A stretch of 56,120 nt of DNA, the filler included, from Sphacelaria rigidula (taxonomy: Eukaryota), in NCBI GenBank assembly GCA_964200075.2. It is 3 parts of 3 records of this genome, joined end to end, with 100 filler letters (N's around TTAATTAATTAA, not from the genome) between each part and the next. Parts side by side here need not be neighbours in the genome. Positions count along the whole stretch, not along the records: positions 18,743 to 37,382 come from CAXNAA020000821.1; positions 37,483 to 56,120 come from CAXNAA020000822.1; 1 more part is not named here. The stretch is one strand, 5' to 3'. Each line of letters starts with the position of its first letter. The stretch's first letter is position 1. The notes under the pieces are model-generated. The model saw only the letters and a list, made by a program, of their open reading frames with translations. It was not told the origin of the DNA and did not search any database. The position numbers and the translations under genes are program-made. Shown in pieces: positions 34,301 through 45,184 of the stretch.

Positions 34301-35812
34301 CAAACGGGCTTCCGGGGAGGTTAAGAATAGCTGCAGTATTTTGGAGAGACAGCGCCTACATGAAACAGATCGTTGTTACTCACATAGCATGTGCCACAGG
34401 CCCTCGTACATGAGTCACGACAACAATACATCGGCCGACACAGGCAGAAAAATTAGTAGCGGTGATCGCGCTAGCAGTGCATATGGTCCTAAGTGTATGA
34501 AGTTTTCAGCGCACACAGCAGGATAGTGAACGAAGGGGGGGGCGTACACTCGCCTTCCTCAGCTATGATAAAAGGCTGCTGTGCCTGTTGGCTAAAATTG
34601 GTACTCTTGAGCAACTAGCGTTTATCTGCGCTCATATAACACCATCCCCGAAAAACCTCGCGGAGATCTCAGCGGACGAAAGCTCGGAACAGGTACCATG
34701 GGCGTTCAAAAGCTTGGAAAAATATCCCTCCTTGCAAGATTATCCTTCTTGTGGCACGTCGGTATCAATCTCTATTTTCTTCTTCCATCTACATCCTGTG
34801 GCATGTACGTGTTGACAGGTTCCTGAACACGCAACCGCCCACACCAGCAGGGCAAGCAAGGTGTGTCGCAAGACGTTTTGACGGCGGTGTTGGTCCCGCG
34901 AACACATCTCCGCATGGCTCTCCTGCTTCTCTACCGTCGCAGGGGCTGAGTATGATCCATACTCAGCGGCTACTGCGGCACAGTAGCCCTCCCGCCAGCC
35001 AAAGTCTAGCCGCATCTGTATCTGACGGGGGGAGGCTTGGAATTGACGATGCGATCCCACAGACAGAAGTATCTTCAGTCACCGGCACCGCAATCGCGCG
35101 TAGAGGAAGTGAAACAGAGACGCAACCTAGCAGGAACGGAGCAGAACGCGACTGGGAAGAGGCCGAGGTGCTCGTGGTAGCCGTTGGAGGGCAGACAGTT
35201 GAAGGCCGCGGTCGATTAGATTGGTGCTCGACATGCAGTGCGCACGTTCTGCGCGACGACTTAGAGGTGGGTGGGTTTTTTCGGCTCGTGGACAACCCGG
35301 CGACGCCGTCATTTTTTACCCACGGAAAACGTGAGGTGCTCTAAGTTGTGTTTTATTTTGTGTCCATTCAGAGGTGCCGATGCAAGTGGCACAATCGCAA
35401 CGATGTTGTCTTGTGGGCAACTATTAGCCTAATTCCGTAATCCGTGCGAAACCTCCTCCAGGCAGCACCCTTTTGCCGTGAAAATGCCGTTTTCTTGTCA
35501 TGCACCTGTTTCCCTTCAAATGCCGAACTCGTGTCCAGACCATTCTTGCGAGTACGCCGACGTCCGTGACTTCACTGGTCACCTCACGGTACTGAGAGGA
35601 GTTCACCTGCGATGTTCTGTACGCCTTTGTCGCAGACAACGTCCATCACACCTTTACCCGCGCACTTGCGCTCTCTGATGTTCTTATTTCATGCCATGTT
35701 TTGGTTGAAGCGTGGTAATTTCTACCCCCCCCCCTCCCCACCCTTCTCATTTCTCGCGCATTGACTTGATGAACAGGAGCACCTGTCTTCGGAGTTTCAC
35801 AGGACGAGATAA
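22112..35812 (+). CDS. POLI: DNA polymerase iota-like (Y-family translesion polymerase), 11 exons, 866 aa
   Basis: Exons 22112-22312, 26014-26139, 26452-26534, 28954-29554, 29882-29982, 30374-30463, 30694-30789, 31477-31573, 32204-32925, 34819-35266, 35777-35812 sum to 2601 nt with all phases consistent. Motifs ILHFDIDSFYAQVE, QKYLLVTCNYTAR, GEDLTRYREAS, VQRLGMDEIFADVT, SAGIGCSKAAAKLA..HKPDQQT, LRKLPGCGY and PKTMSDEDSF closely parallel Pol iota. Confidence 0.9.
22441..22611. mobile_element. PIF/Harbinger (Tourist-like) MITE
   Basis: TAA|GGCCAACTCTTaTGGGAGCGTTT ... AAACGCTCCCAcAAGAGTTGGCC|TAA: TIRs with a 3-bp TAA TSD. Confidence 0.85.
22626..23091. mobile_element. Palindromic MITE with related Harbinger-like termini
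   Basis: gaccgactctaatgggagccgttcaaaatt ... aattttgaacggctccgataagagttgtc; arms about 200 bp. Confidence 0.75.
23163..23419. mobile_element. MITE family with atgctacggtaggggtgcac TIRs, copy 1
   Basis: gagcaATGCTACGGTAGGGGTGCAC ... GTGCACCCCTACCGTAGCATcactc; further copies at 35934-36196 (inverted) and about 37677-37932. Confidence 0.85.
23498..24650. repeat. About 1.15 kb imperfect foldback element in polymerase intron 1
   Basis: Nested reverse-complement pairs: 23500-23690 with 24460-24650, 23760-23790 with 24375-24400, 23830-23920 with 24265-24350; centre about 24075. Confidence 0.85.
26014..26139 (+). CDS. POLI: Pol iota-like exon 2; GC donor
   Basis: tag|VEEVLDPRLKGKPIGIRQKYLLVTCNYTARRMGARKMESVAE|gcaaga. 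Confidence 0.9.
26452..26534 (+). CDS. POLI: Pol iota-like exon 3
   Basis: cag|AKKRCPSLVVMDGEDLTRYREASEAIF|gtaggc. Confidence 0.9.
27170..27490 (+). mobile_element. tRNA-derived SINE, family B
   Basis: gTGGCTCAGTCGG (A box)...gggtcgtgGGTTCGAAT (B box), body gggtacac...gggaaaggga...accgcagaaggaagg...taccgaaagg; copies at about 31060-31360 and 48110-48440. Confidence 0.7.
28954..29554 (+). CDS. POLI: Pol iota-like exon 4 (catalytic DE and long palm insertion)
   Basis: cag|..YVSRVCGPLVQRLGMDEIFADVT...CRCGCIERLARASAFAERVRRGLRIE|gtaaag. Confidence 0.9.
29882..29982 (+). CDS. POLI: Pol iota-like exon 5
   Basis: cag|VGYTCSAGIGCSKAAAKLAGELHKPDQQTTILP|gtgagt. Confidence 0.9.
30374..30463 (+). CDS. 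POLI: Pol iota-like exon 6 (thumb, HhH motif)
   Basis: aag|HTASMITQLPLRKLPGCGYSTCAKIKTELG|gtgagc; not in the ORF track. Confidence 0.85.
30694..30789 (+). CDS. POLI: Pol iota-like exon 7
   Basis: cag|ITETRQMQKAPWPLLLKAVGHKLAVVLYLLC|gtgagc; phase 2-2 bridges exons 6 and 8. Confidence 0.8.
31060..31360 (+). mobile_element. SINE family B copy, 5'-truncated
   Basis: Homologous to 27215-27460. Confidence 0.7.
31477..31573 (+). CDS. POLI: Pol iota-like exon 8
   Basis: cagcag|RGEDPTPVMPSVRPKTMSDEDSFKRGSVRSREQ|gtgcgg; NAGNAG acceptor, alternative start at 31474. Confidence 0.85.
31673..31990 (+). mobile_element. tRNA-derived SINE family A, full-length
   Basis: gccgcgccccagTGGTGTAACGG...GGTTCCATTCC...ggggaaggggaggggttcaaagtgtgaggaaaaacagaaaaaaag. 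Confidence 0.75.
32204..32925 (+). CDS. POLI: Pol iota-like exon 9 (little finger/PAD with insertion)
   Basis: aag|VERHIRRLAAPLL...PETLRLGVRR...DITLLSVGLASF...QTGIA|gtgagg. Confidence 0.85.
33349..33631. mobile_element. MITE with long TIRs, flanked by TGAG direct repeats
   Basis: tgag|AACACGgGATTgTACAAATTGGGGATGGATTTTTTATTGGGGAT ... ATCCCCAATAAAAAATCCATCCCCAATTTGTAaAATCtCGTGTT|tgag. Confidence 0.8.
33660..33900 (+). repeat. Dispersed repeat, second copy at about 47385-47600
   Basis: Shared tgtactc-tgatcatgcatgccatagtc...accattgacctcgcatcccta...gagcacgccgggtttt. Confidence 0.65.
34819..35266 (+). CDS. POLI: Pol iota-like exon 10
   Basis: cag|(R)FLNTQPP...DWCSTCSAHVLRDDLE|gtgggt. Confidence 0.75.
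35777..35812 (+). CDS. POLI: Pol iota-like exon 11 (terminal)
   Basis: aacag|EHLSSEFHRTR*; supplies the two His residues completing the zinc finger begun in exon 10. Confidence 0.7.
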   Translation, partial: EHLSSEFHRTR

Positions 35813-35933
35813 CTTCTGGCGTATGTCTACCAGCTCGCCACGACTCGGCAACAGTCAGCGAACTACTCGGTTCTAGCTCGTTCGGGGTTACCATCTACTG
35901 AGCTCAGTGTTGTGGGGAAAAAACTTGCTTTCA

Positions 35934-36196
35934 GAGTGATGCTACGGTAGGGGTGCACAAATATTTTCCGAGGTTAGAATTGTTAGGAGCTCTTTATCTC
36001 ATCCAAAACGCGACCTATGAAAATATGTGGAAGGACGCCAGGATTACTACTTACTCCGATGTGTGTTGGGGATCTCCCGAATGAAATTGCAAACGGGGGT
36101 GTCCTGATCCATATTCTTGTGCATCTTGAATCGTTAGGAGCCCCTGAACTAGACATAATTTCGCGAAAAAAGTGCACCCCTACCGTAGCATTGCTC
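35934..36196. mobile_element. MITE family with atgctacggtaggggtgcac TIRs, copy 2
   Basis: Same TIRs, interior inverted relative to 23163-23419. Confidence 0.85.
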
Positions 36197-37382
36197 TTCA
36201 GCATAAACTTGCTTTCAGCATAAACTCAAGCAGTACCTTATTTTTCTTCTTACTCCGCCGGGAAGAGATAAAACTGGAGACCTCCCGCCCGTGGTAGGCA
36301 AGAGTGTGTGCGTCCCGGGTTATCGGGATCCCGGTTTGTTCTCCGGGAAACTTTGCATCACCGCTCGTCCTAGCTGGCTCAACCAAGAAACATAATCGTC
36401 CTTTACAACGTTTTTTTTAACTACGGAAAGGACTCTGAGCTTTGTGCACACCTATACTCGATGCTGAAATCGAGGCGGACACGGTGCTGTGGCTACAACT
36501 GGGCTGCGACGCATCGTTCCGAGTAGAAACCATCCCTTGTGTTGAGCCAAAATGCAGCCATTTCGTTTGGATTCTGCCGAAGTGATGCTTTTCAACGTTT
36601 CGAACATGGGTGTGCAGCTACCAGGCAAACACGCACGCCCGGGCATGCGGGAAGCGAGATGACAAAAGTACTCGGGGGAAGCTGCGATGAAGACTCGCTC
36701 TTATTTTTTGTGGCACCAGCTTGCAGAAGCCGTTTCACACCATTAACTGGTGATAAGTGATGAGTCCTGGCTGGCACTCGTGGATGAAGTGAATTGTGCA
36801 TCAAACCAAGGGGCAGCTGAGAAAAAAAACTCGGGACACGTAGGCCCCCCCCCTCCCCCTCCCCCCCCCGGAGGACATTTTTTCGAAAATTGGTATGATT
36901 TTTTCGATTTTTTTGTCAACCTTTTTGCAAGAAATTGATCATTAAACACTGTTTTGATTATTTATGTTGATTTTGTTGCAAGAAATTGATCAATGAACAT
37001 TGAAAAAATCCGAAAAGTTTGGTGGGCTTTGCGGGGTGTATGTTTCCTCCTGCTCCTTTACATATTTATATATAATGTATAATATAAGGATCGTGAATAT
37101 TTTAGTACATATTTTTTTAATATAAATATATGATATAGTATATACTGCCCCTTGATGAATATTCATATATATATATATATAAATATATTACATATAAATA
37201 TATAGACCTATGTTATGTGATGTAAAATAAATGAAATATACTACATGAAATAAAATATATGAAATATACTACATGAACTATAATGTATGAAATGTCGTAT
37301 ATGAAATATAATATATGAAGTGACACTTTCTACGATAGACCCCCCCCAAAACCAGCTAAAAGTGTCACGAAAAAAATGGCCA

Positions 37383-37482
37383 NNNNNNNNNNNNNNNNNN
37401 NNNNNNNNNNNNNNNNNNNNNNNNNNTTAATTAATTAANNNNNNNNNNNNNNNNNNNNNNNNNNNNNNNNNNNNNNNNNNNN
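37383..37482. other. Assembly gap with artificial TTAATTAATTAA linker
   Basis: N-run/ttaattaattaa/N-run of 100 nt. Confidence 0.95.
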
Positions 37483-37676
37483 CCCCCGTTTATCTCCAGG
37501 TGTTTTCCTCGTCTACTTTGCGTATGAGCGCTCCTTTTTCCCTTACTTCGATCAATTTTCGGGGGGGGGGGGTGGCTGGGTGGTTATTACCACTGCTTGC
37601 ATTCTAATGGAGTTAGGCTATCTGTGGATGTTTTCGCGTTCCATCGTAGGTGTACACGATGCTGCACACTCTGAAA

Positions 37677-37932
37677 GAACAATGCTACGGTAGGGGTGCA
37701 CTTTTTGCGCAAAATCTTGTCTGGTTCAGGGGCTCCCAACGATTCTAGATGCACAAGAAATGGATCAGGGCATCCCCGTTCGCCAATTCATTCGGGATAT
37801 ATCCCTAGCACATTGTAATAGTAATCCTGGCGTACTCTCACATATTTCATAAGTCGTGTTTTGGATGAGATACAGGCCTCGTAACAATTCTAACCTCAGA
37901 AAATATTTGTGCACCCCTACCGTAGCATCAGA
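37677..37932. mobile_element. MITE family with atgctacggtaggggtgcac TIRs, copy 3
   Basis: Same TIRs and interior as 23163-23419. Confidence 0.85.
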
Positions 37933-40900
37933 CGAAATGCTGAGCTCACGTTTGTATCTCAAAATGTCCCGACCTTGAGGCAAGCTTGCACGTCGCATTT
38001 CGATGAAAGCGTTTGACGTTCCGATATGGGGATGTCGGCGTGATCTTCCCACGGCTGCGGATATCATCGAAATCAATTTTGTTATTATTCGGAGCCTCGG
38101 GCGAATCACGACACTTGAAGAACATTCTATTTCAATTCCTGTTGAGGACAGGTTCCCGATGTTCCTGGGATTCTACACCTCCCGTTCTCTGAGAAACTTC
38201 CACAAAGGGGTTTCCTCCCATCTGTCGGCACCCTCGCTGTCGCTGCCACGGTTCGAAGGAGAAGTCACTCTCGACTCTAAGCCACCCATGCGTGCTCTAC
38301 ACTACATTCACGGATCTAGGATCTATAACTATTATAGAGCGTCAGCACGGCGCCCGCGGTAGCCAGTCTATCGTGCGAGTATCGTATGAACATTTGTCGT
38401 CGATAGCAGGACACGAACCTATTGAACACGTGAAACCGCAAGTGATTCTGAATCTATTCCATGGGAGTATAATGCTATTTTTTCCCGATTGTTTCTTTGC
38501 CAAGACACGCCCTTAAACCCCCACGTATACTACTCTGCACACGCACAGAAGTAGCATGGCACGGCACCACGCGGCACAGATATGTGTATTGCCCAAACGA
38601 TGAACCTACCAACACACGCGACCGCGGCGTGCCCGATAAATCCATCATATATATATATATATATACAAGGTTCCCCTTCGGGAGGTTGGTACGGGCCTCC
38701 CGGGGGTGACGCAAGTCGAAAGTATGAAATGTACTTCGTACGAGTATGCCTTTTCAGTGCGCTGCAAAAGAAAGCGTGGGGAAAAATGCCTTGCTGCAGA
38801 GAACACTCGGCAAAAGGGGTGAACATGTGAGATGATACATGTACATAATACACATCGGTTGAATGAAAGGAGAAATAGCGCGCAAGTCATCGCTTTGTCC
38901 CCTTCGATCGAGCAATTATATATTGCCCTCCGCGAAAAATAAACAGACGTGGACAAGCACAACTGATGAGGGAGTCTCCAATTACATAGAACGATGTTTT
39001 CGTGAGATTGAGAGTAGAGGATACGGTTGAGAAGGAAAAGCGGTCAATTAGTGATTTAATTGTTTCAGTTCCGAAACATCCCTCCGCGAGACCCTTACCG
39101 AAGCAGCGGGCTAACTCACAGTTATTAACCTGCGAAGCACCGGCACAGAGATGATCCTGTGAAGTCAGTGTTCCGCCAGAAGCAAAAAACAAAAATTCGG
39201 AACAAAATCTTACCGTTTTACCCTCTAGTGCGCACTGCTGCAGCGCACAGCACCAGATATAGCGACTTGGAACTGATGACTGTGGTTTGCACAGCCTATG
39301 AGCGATGTTTCAGCGCCTCGTAGCGGCTGCAGCGCGCTTAGGGCCGTGCACCATGAAGTGCGCAGCTCAACAGACTGTATGCCGATCGGTGCACTACAGA
39401 TGGTCATGATCCAGAAAGGACCGCATTATAGACCGGTGCCAGTTTGCTACCGCGTCGGCCATCCAGTCGCTCAACATGTCTAAGTTTATGCATCTGCGCA
39501 TGCATATATGCATTCGCCTGTAGTGCGACACTGAAAGAAATGTACATAAACAACGATTGGTACTCGATTTGACTTGGTTTCAGACTAAAGAAAGTTCTGA
39601 GAAAAATCATGATTTGGGGCAGGTGAGCAGTGGTGAGCAGGAGAACCAGGTCGTCTAGAACGTGGTTTGGTCCAAAATCGGCTCAAAGGCGTCGATTTGA
39701 GCTCTCGAAAGGCGTCGATTCGAGTTCTCGTAACGCACGCTTTAGCTACGAAATTGCACCCCCCTTGCCCGAGAGTTCTCGGTATGCCTTGGTCGATGTT
39801 AGTGCTAGGGTTAGCGTTAGGGTTGGTGGCATGTCCATAGCACCAACCATTGTTCACGTACATTTCTTCGAGCCCCCTCGGTGAGGTACTTGTGCAGGGA
39901 TGCATCCTTGTCACAAGGGCATTCTTGCGCCGGTACTTCACACAGGTGCATCCTTTGAGGGAACTCTCTGTTACGGGTTGCATGACCACAGGAATTTGGT
40001 CACCCCCCTGCGCTTGTCGAGCATAGCTTACCGACGGTGAGGACGTTTGCCCACGTGTGTGCCTTGTTCAACTCGCCAACAGAACAGCTCATTGCACGGA
40101 ATTGGTTTTGCTGGTGACTAAGGCCAAGGCAATGTTCAATTGTGTTCAACTGCTTTGCTTTCATGTTCTCGTGACATTCGCTGCACAACCGCTGTCTTCG
40201 TAGTCCCGAATCAACGAGAACGCAAAGAAATACCCCGCCATGAACAGGCTTTTGTGGTTCGGTTTCTTGTTTGAAGTTTTCCATGATGAGGCTTTTGTGG
40301 TTCGGGATCGACCCCCCGCAGAAAAGAGCCAGTGTGGGCAACTTTCGATGGCCAGAACACGCGCCACAGGTATCGGATGACACCCAAACCTGAAAGGTAG
40401 TGTACCGCTGCACCTGCTTCGTGCACTGCAAAAGAAAGCGCGTGATGAGATGCCTTGCCGCCGGAGGAAACTCGGCAAAAGTGGTGAAAAAAGTGAAATG
40501 ATACATATACATATATGTATATATATATACAAGCCGCGCGGGACCCGGGGCTGCGCCCCGGTCCCGTCCGTCTTTTTCGAGGGTCTCGGTATTCTTGCCT
40601 TGCCAAGCCCTCATGATGATATATCCTCTCTCGAAATGTTCATATCCGCCGGAAACATTGCAGGACCACACGGATCGCGCGTCTGTTCGAACGGTCGCGA
40701 ACGCATGTGTACCCCCGAACAAAGTGTAGCACAAATCCGCGTACCGGGCCCCAAGCATTGGCATTGGCCCGAACAGTCATCTCCCGGGGCGGGTGCGGAG
40801 GAACTTGCACACTAAAGTCAGCAACAAATCTCGTGGACGCCTCGTTACAAAGTATGCTGCACGCTCGTGAGTTCGAAATATTCTCTCTTTATATACTATA

Positions 40901-41253
40901 TATATGTGTGTGTTTTGAATACGCCACGAGTACCTGAGACGCAAAAAGAAGGCTTGTCCACGAGAGTCTACGCAGTACCGGAGTGCTGAAATACTTGACG
41001 CGTATACCGGGGACGTGATTCGTTGATCCCTTGGCGCCTCGAACTCGTCCTGGGGAAGGGGAGAGGTTGGAAGTATGACGAAAAAAACAAGTGTCAGCTC
41101 CGGGTTGACCTACCCCTTGGCGACCCCGAGTGGGGGCCTATGATTTGTGTTTTCTTCGAGTCTCGACGGTCGAGTGAAGCACCCCGCAAAGCGCACTGAA
41201 CTAGCGACCAATTCATGTCCTCTTGAACGTGAATGAGATCGCATAAGGTACAG

Positions 41254-41340
41254 TTGATTGATTGATTGATTGATCGTCGCACTTTAACTGACCCCCCAGG
41301 TAGTCATGATCCAGCCGTGGTCACATGATCGAGGTACCCT
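41254..41340 (-). mobile_element. Retroposon 3' end with (ATCA)n tail
   Basis: (ttga)4 followed by sequence homologous to 2109-2155 and 53443-53535. Confidence 0.6.
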
Positions 41341-43122
41341 AGACAAAAAAAAAACTAAAACATTCGCTGAAGAAAAAAGGAACAGAAAACGTAGAACAGA
41401 ACGACATAGTAGGTAAGGACGTAAAAAAAAGAAAAGGAATCAAAGTCGAGAGAAGCAAGTGGTATCACAAGACACGCGCTTCCCACGCGTAGTACTGCCT
41501 GATGGTTTCCTGTGACGTGGGCCATATCCGCTACTGACTACCCTTGGAGGAGTTGTCAGCTGTCCGTAGGCCACGGTTGCTGAAGGGTCCAACAACGCTT
41601 TCACGTTTCTTTTACAGATTAGACTTGAAGTTCCATCCATACGCTTCGCCTGTACATATGGTAGGAACAATCTTTCCCGGTTGGGCAAAAAACTGCATGA
41701 GCTACACAGTCGTACAGACATTTCAAAACAGTACAGTACAGTACAGTACAGTACAGCAGACCCCAACAAGGTGCAGCATTTGGCCATTGCTCAGCCAGCA
41801 TAACCTTTCACGAGGTACGGAGCTACCAGTGTTGAGTTCTTGCGCTAGCCGCCCACCTCCGGAGGGTTGAAGGTCATAGCTTTGTTGTACAGTAGATCCA
41901 GCTCATGAAATTCCATGCAGCCAACAGGAACAGCAACCCTCAACCCACCCTCAAGCCGTTGAGTATATGCGCAATGCCTGACGCCACGACTTTTCCCGTT
42001 TCTCCTATCGAGAAGTATTGCGGGACGGGTCTTGCAGGCAGGCTCTCAACGTCGTAGCTTGTGCTAGGGCCTGCCTTATCAGGCAGTAAGATTCAGCTTG
42101 CGGTATCAGTTTGCGAAGAGGTTTGCACCCACGACAGCCAAGCCGCAAGTTTGCGTCGCATCGCTTCTTTTTTTTTTTCGTCTAGGTCTGCAACAAGCTT
42201 AACACTTTGTGAAAACTCCCCTTCCGTTCCCGGGCGAGACGCCCCATTCTTTCAAGCTCTGAGAAAGAAGATAATATGGAAACAGAAAATACCGACGGCA
42301 ATCATTTTTACGGCAGACGGCTACAGAAGAATCCACCAGCATATTTCATGCGCGCACCGAAAGTATCGCTCCGGTGCGGTCGGATTACTTCTGTCCAATG
42401 AGGGAACGCAACGGGTCAAGTGTGTTCAACTGTGTGCACATGGCCAAAATTAGCACTCAGCGTTCCTGAACTCTGTAAAAACAAAAACCGGCACCGCCTG
42501 TCTATTTTTTTAAATACTGAGTCCAGTGATGCACTGCGGCACATTTTTACACGGGTCTGAAAACAAGCGTCGGGCTGAGAGTTTTGCGTGAAAGCTATAC
42601 AAACTCGATCATATTTCGCTCAAAAAAAAAAAGAGCACCTCGAAATCCACACTCACGTTTCCATTAGCAGTTCAAAAAAAGGGTTGAATACTCGGTGTTG
42701 TTGCAGTGGTGGATGCCCGGCAGCACTACGTTGATACGAGAAAAACACGACCAAGGAAGCATAACATCAACAACGACACCTGAGGCAACACGCGCAAACA
42801 CCCGCCGCGCAAGCATGTCGACGCCAGCGCTCGTCCTTGCTAATCAACACCAAATTATCTTCGAAAAAAATCTCTTCGATGTTGGTCAAGGGCTGCCGCG
42901 TGCGTGTAGCTTCACAACCGTATAATGGATCATTGCTGATCGTCCACGTGGGCGTTTTTGGTGCGCATCTGACCCAAGTTGATGTCCGCTTCCATACAAT
43001 TTCGAGCAGATTCAACCCGAGTCAAGGACATTGTCCTCAGCTGAAGGATCTTCTGAATCTACCCCTCCCCCAAACCAAAAACTGTAGAGAAAAGCAGGCT
43101 TCCTCCAAGCATGTTGTCCTCA

Positions 43123-43308
43123 AAATATTCAACACCCTGGACAATATATGGTCAAGAGATGCAGTAGACGAGAAGTGTACTGCATAAAGTATAGGCCTAT
43201 TGCAACTATTGCCAGCCGACAATAGTCGCAATAGGCCTATACTTTATGCAGTACATTTCTCGTCTATTCCAACTAATGACCATACATTGTCCAGGGTGTA
43301 AAATATTT
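43123..43308. repeat. Near-perfect hairpin with about 90 bp arms and about 8 nt loop
   Basis: tgtactgcataaagtataggcctattgcaactattg / caatagtcgcaataggcctatactttatgcagtaca; outer pair acaccctggacaat / attgtccagggtgt. Confidence 0.85.
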
Positions 43309-45184
43309 CAAAAACTGACATAGTTTTCGGTACTAAAAACAAGCGAAACGCGTAGCAGCTTGGAGAACATCGACTGCAACCCGCCACGGTGTCCGACGAC
43401 CGCGGTTTCTGCTCCACAGAGAACCACGCTTGAGAGTCTAAGTTCGGCAGTAGCATATAGCTTCGCTGCCCGTCCGCGTGTGCATATCCACCCGCAGAGC
43501 TCTACAGTAACTGATGAAGTCTGATGGTTGATGAAACAAAACAAAACAGGCAGTTAGAGTTCATGCGTCTAGCCTTATTCGTCACCATGGATACACTGCT
43601 TCACGTTGGAATATGCAGGAATAACTTCCTATCCTGTTATGCAACAGCGCAGCGATAACTGCGATACAGTTCTCCCCCCAAACCCAGCTCCCCTTATCCA
43701 CGGTAAAAAAATCGGTAGTGTTTATATGAACAATAATATTCGGATCTTCACGAGGCTCACAGTCCCGACCGCTCGCCTAGCGTGCGCAGCACGCGCTTTG
43801 GCTCAAATCGGCGCCGGCTCTGGCAACGCACACTTCGCCTAGGGCACTGCATGCATCGCCCTTACCCACAGGTTCTCGGTCTGCCTCGGTTCTTGCTAGG
43901 GGTAGTCTAGGGTTCGACGATGACAAAGTGTCTTCTAAGCAGCCGAGTTCGGGAGAACCCCCGTCTCAGTAACCATGGAGGCAGCGCGGTGTGCGGAGGT
44001 ATGGGGTTTGGTGCAGAGCTCTGAGGCGCAATCACGTCGTCGTATAAGAAGGCTAGCTGGAAATCCATGACATTCTGATTCTGCGCGAGAAAATACGCTC
44101 AAACATGCAAGCATACAAACCTTTGTGACCACGTAGAGAGCACGTGCTGCAGAGAGTAGGTATGGACATGCAAATCAGCCCATCGCCGTCGTTTTCCCAT
44201 AGCATCAATTCCTCGTGTTGATCAATTGCCATGGGTCTTTTCTCTCTGCGGAAAATCCAAATCGCCTTGGGTATACAATTTGTTCGGAGAGCTTAAAATC
44301 AGGGCCCTTTAAGTTCCAGACAGTCTCTTCCTCTGTTATACGTTCCACGCACCGCCATGGGTCAGAATTCTGCCCCTGTTCAAGCATGGTGGTTGCAACT
44401 ATCATATGATGCCATTCCAAATGGTGATGCCCCTTCCGTGGCCTCTTGGGCGACAAACAATATCCCCCCTAGATGAAAGGCCAAAAAAGTGTTGGTCACT
44501 GCAGTATACCTGCTACAAAATCGCGGATAGAGGCGTGCGCTTGTGAGGTAAGAGCATACAAGTACCCCCTGTTACATTATGCTGCAACCGTTGCGGTGCT
44601 CTGTGCTTGTTGGCCATAACTCCAGTGGCGGCAACACGGCGCGCCGCGCGCGTGCAACCCTAAGCGTTGCTGAAGTCGCGTGGTAGACAATGACTGTGCC
44701 TCTCTCAGCGTAGTGGTGCTACGCCTTGCTTCGGCAGTTGGGTGACCAATGTGCTATCGACAAGGTCTTTATGTTGTCAAGACAGTATCTACCACGTCAA
44801 AGGCAGGTATTGAGTGCATATGTTCATAGATCACCTACTAGGGGTGCTTCCATGATGCAATGGTGTCAACCTTTGGACAATCACACGCAAGCACGTTGGT
44901 CAATCGGATCCCGCTGCGCGCCGATCCTTCACCTTCTGTGCACGTCTGCGTACGTGCCGTGCAGACGATCATTTCACGCTTCCCTCGGACAAGGGATTTA
45001 TGTGTACATGTGTACATGTGTAACGGCAGCACGTACACGGGGAAGTTGGTTGTGTGTGGTTGTGTGGTTGTGTGCGTGTGATTGCATATGCTGTAGCCGC
45101 GCCCCGACGGCGTGATGGTGCAACTGACATCATAAGGGTGAAGAAAATGGAGGTTCAATTCCCGCCAGGTACGTTTAGACTTAT

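Noticed and set aside
36880..37340. Very AT-rich island
   Set aside because: Low-complexity sequence abutting a gap between poly-C tracts; likely poor-quality or simple-repeat sequence.
18643..37482. TTAATTAATTAA motif between N-runs (two places)
   Set aside because: Artificial scaffolding linker, not biology; adjacency across these gaps is therefore not guaranteed.
39798..39826. ttagtgctagggttagcgttaggg telomere-like run
   Set aside because: Only about four degenerate units; too short to call an interstitial telomere.
39880..40764. 254 aa minus-strand ORF with scattered Cys (LCSECH)
   Set aside because: It runs through (AT)n and a dispersed repeat shared with 38750-38850, with no recognisable domain; at most a transposase C-terminal relic.
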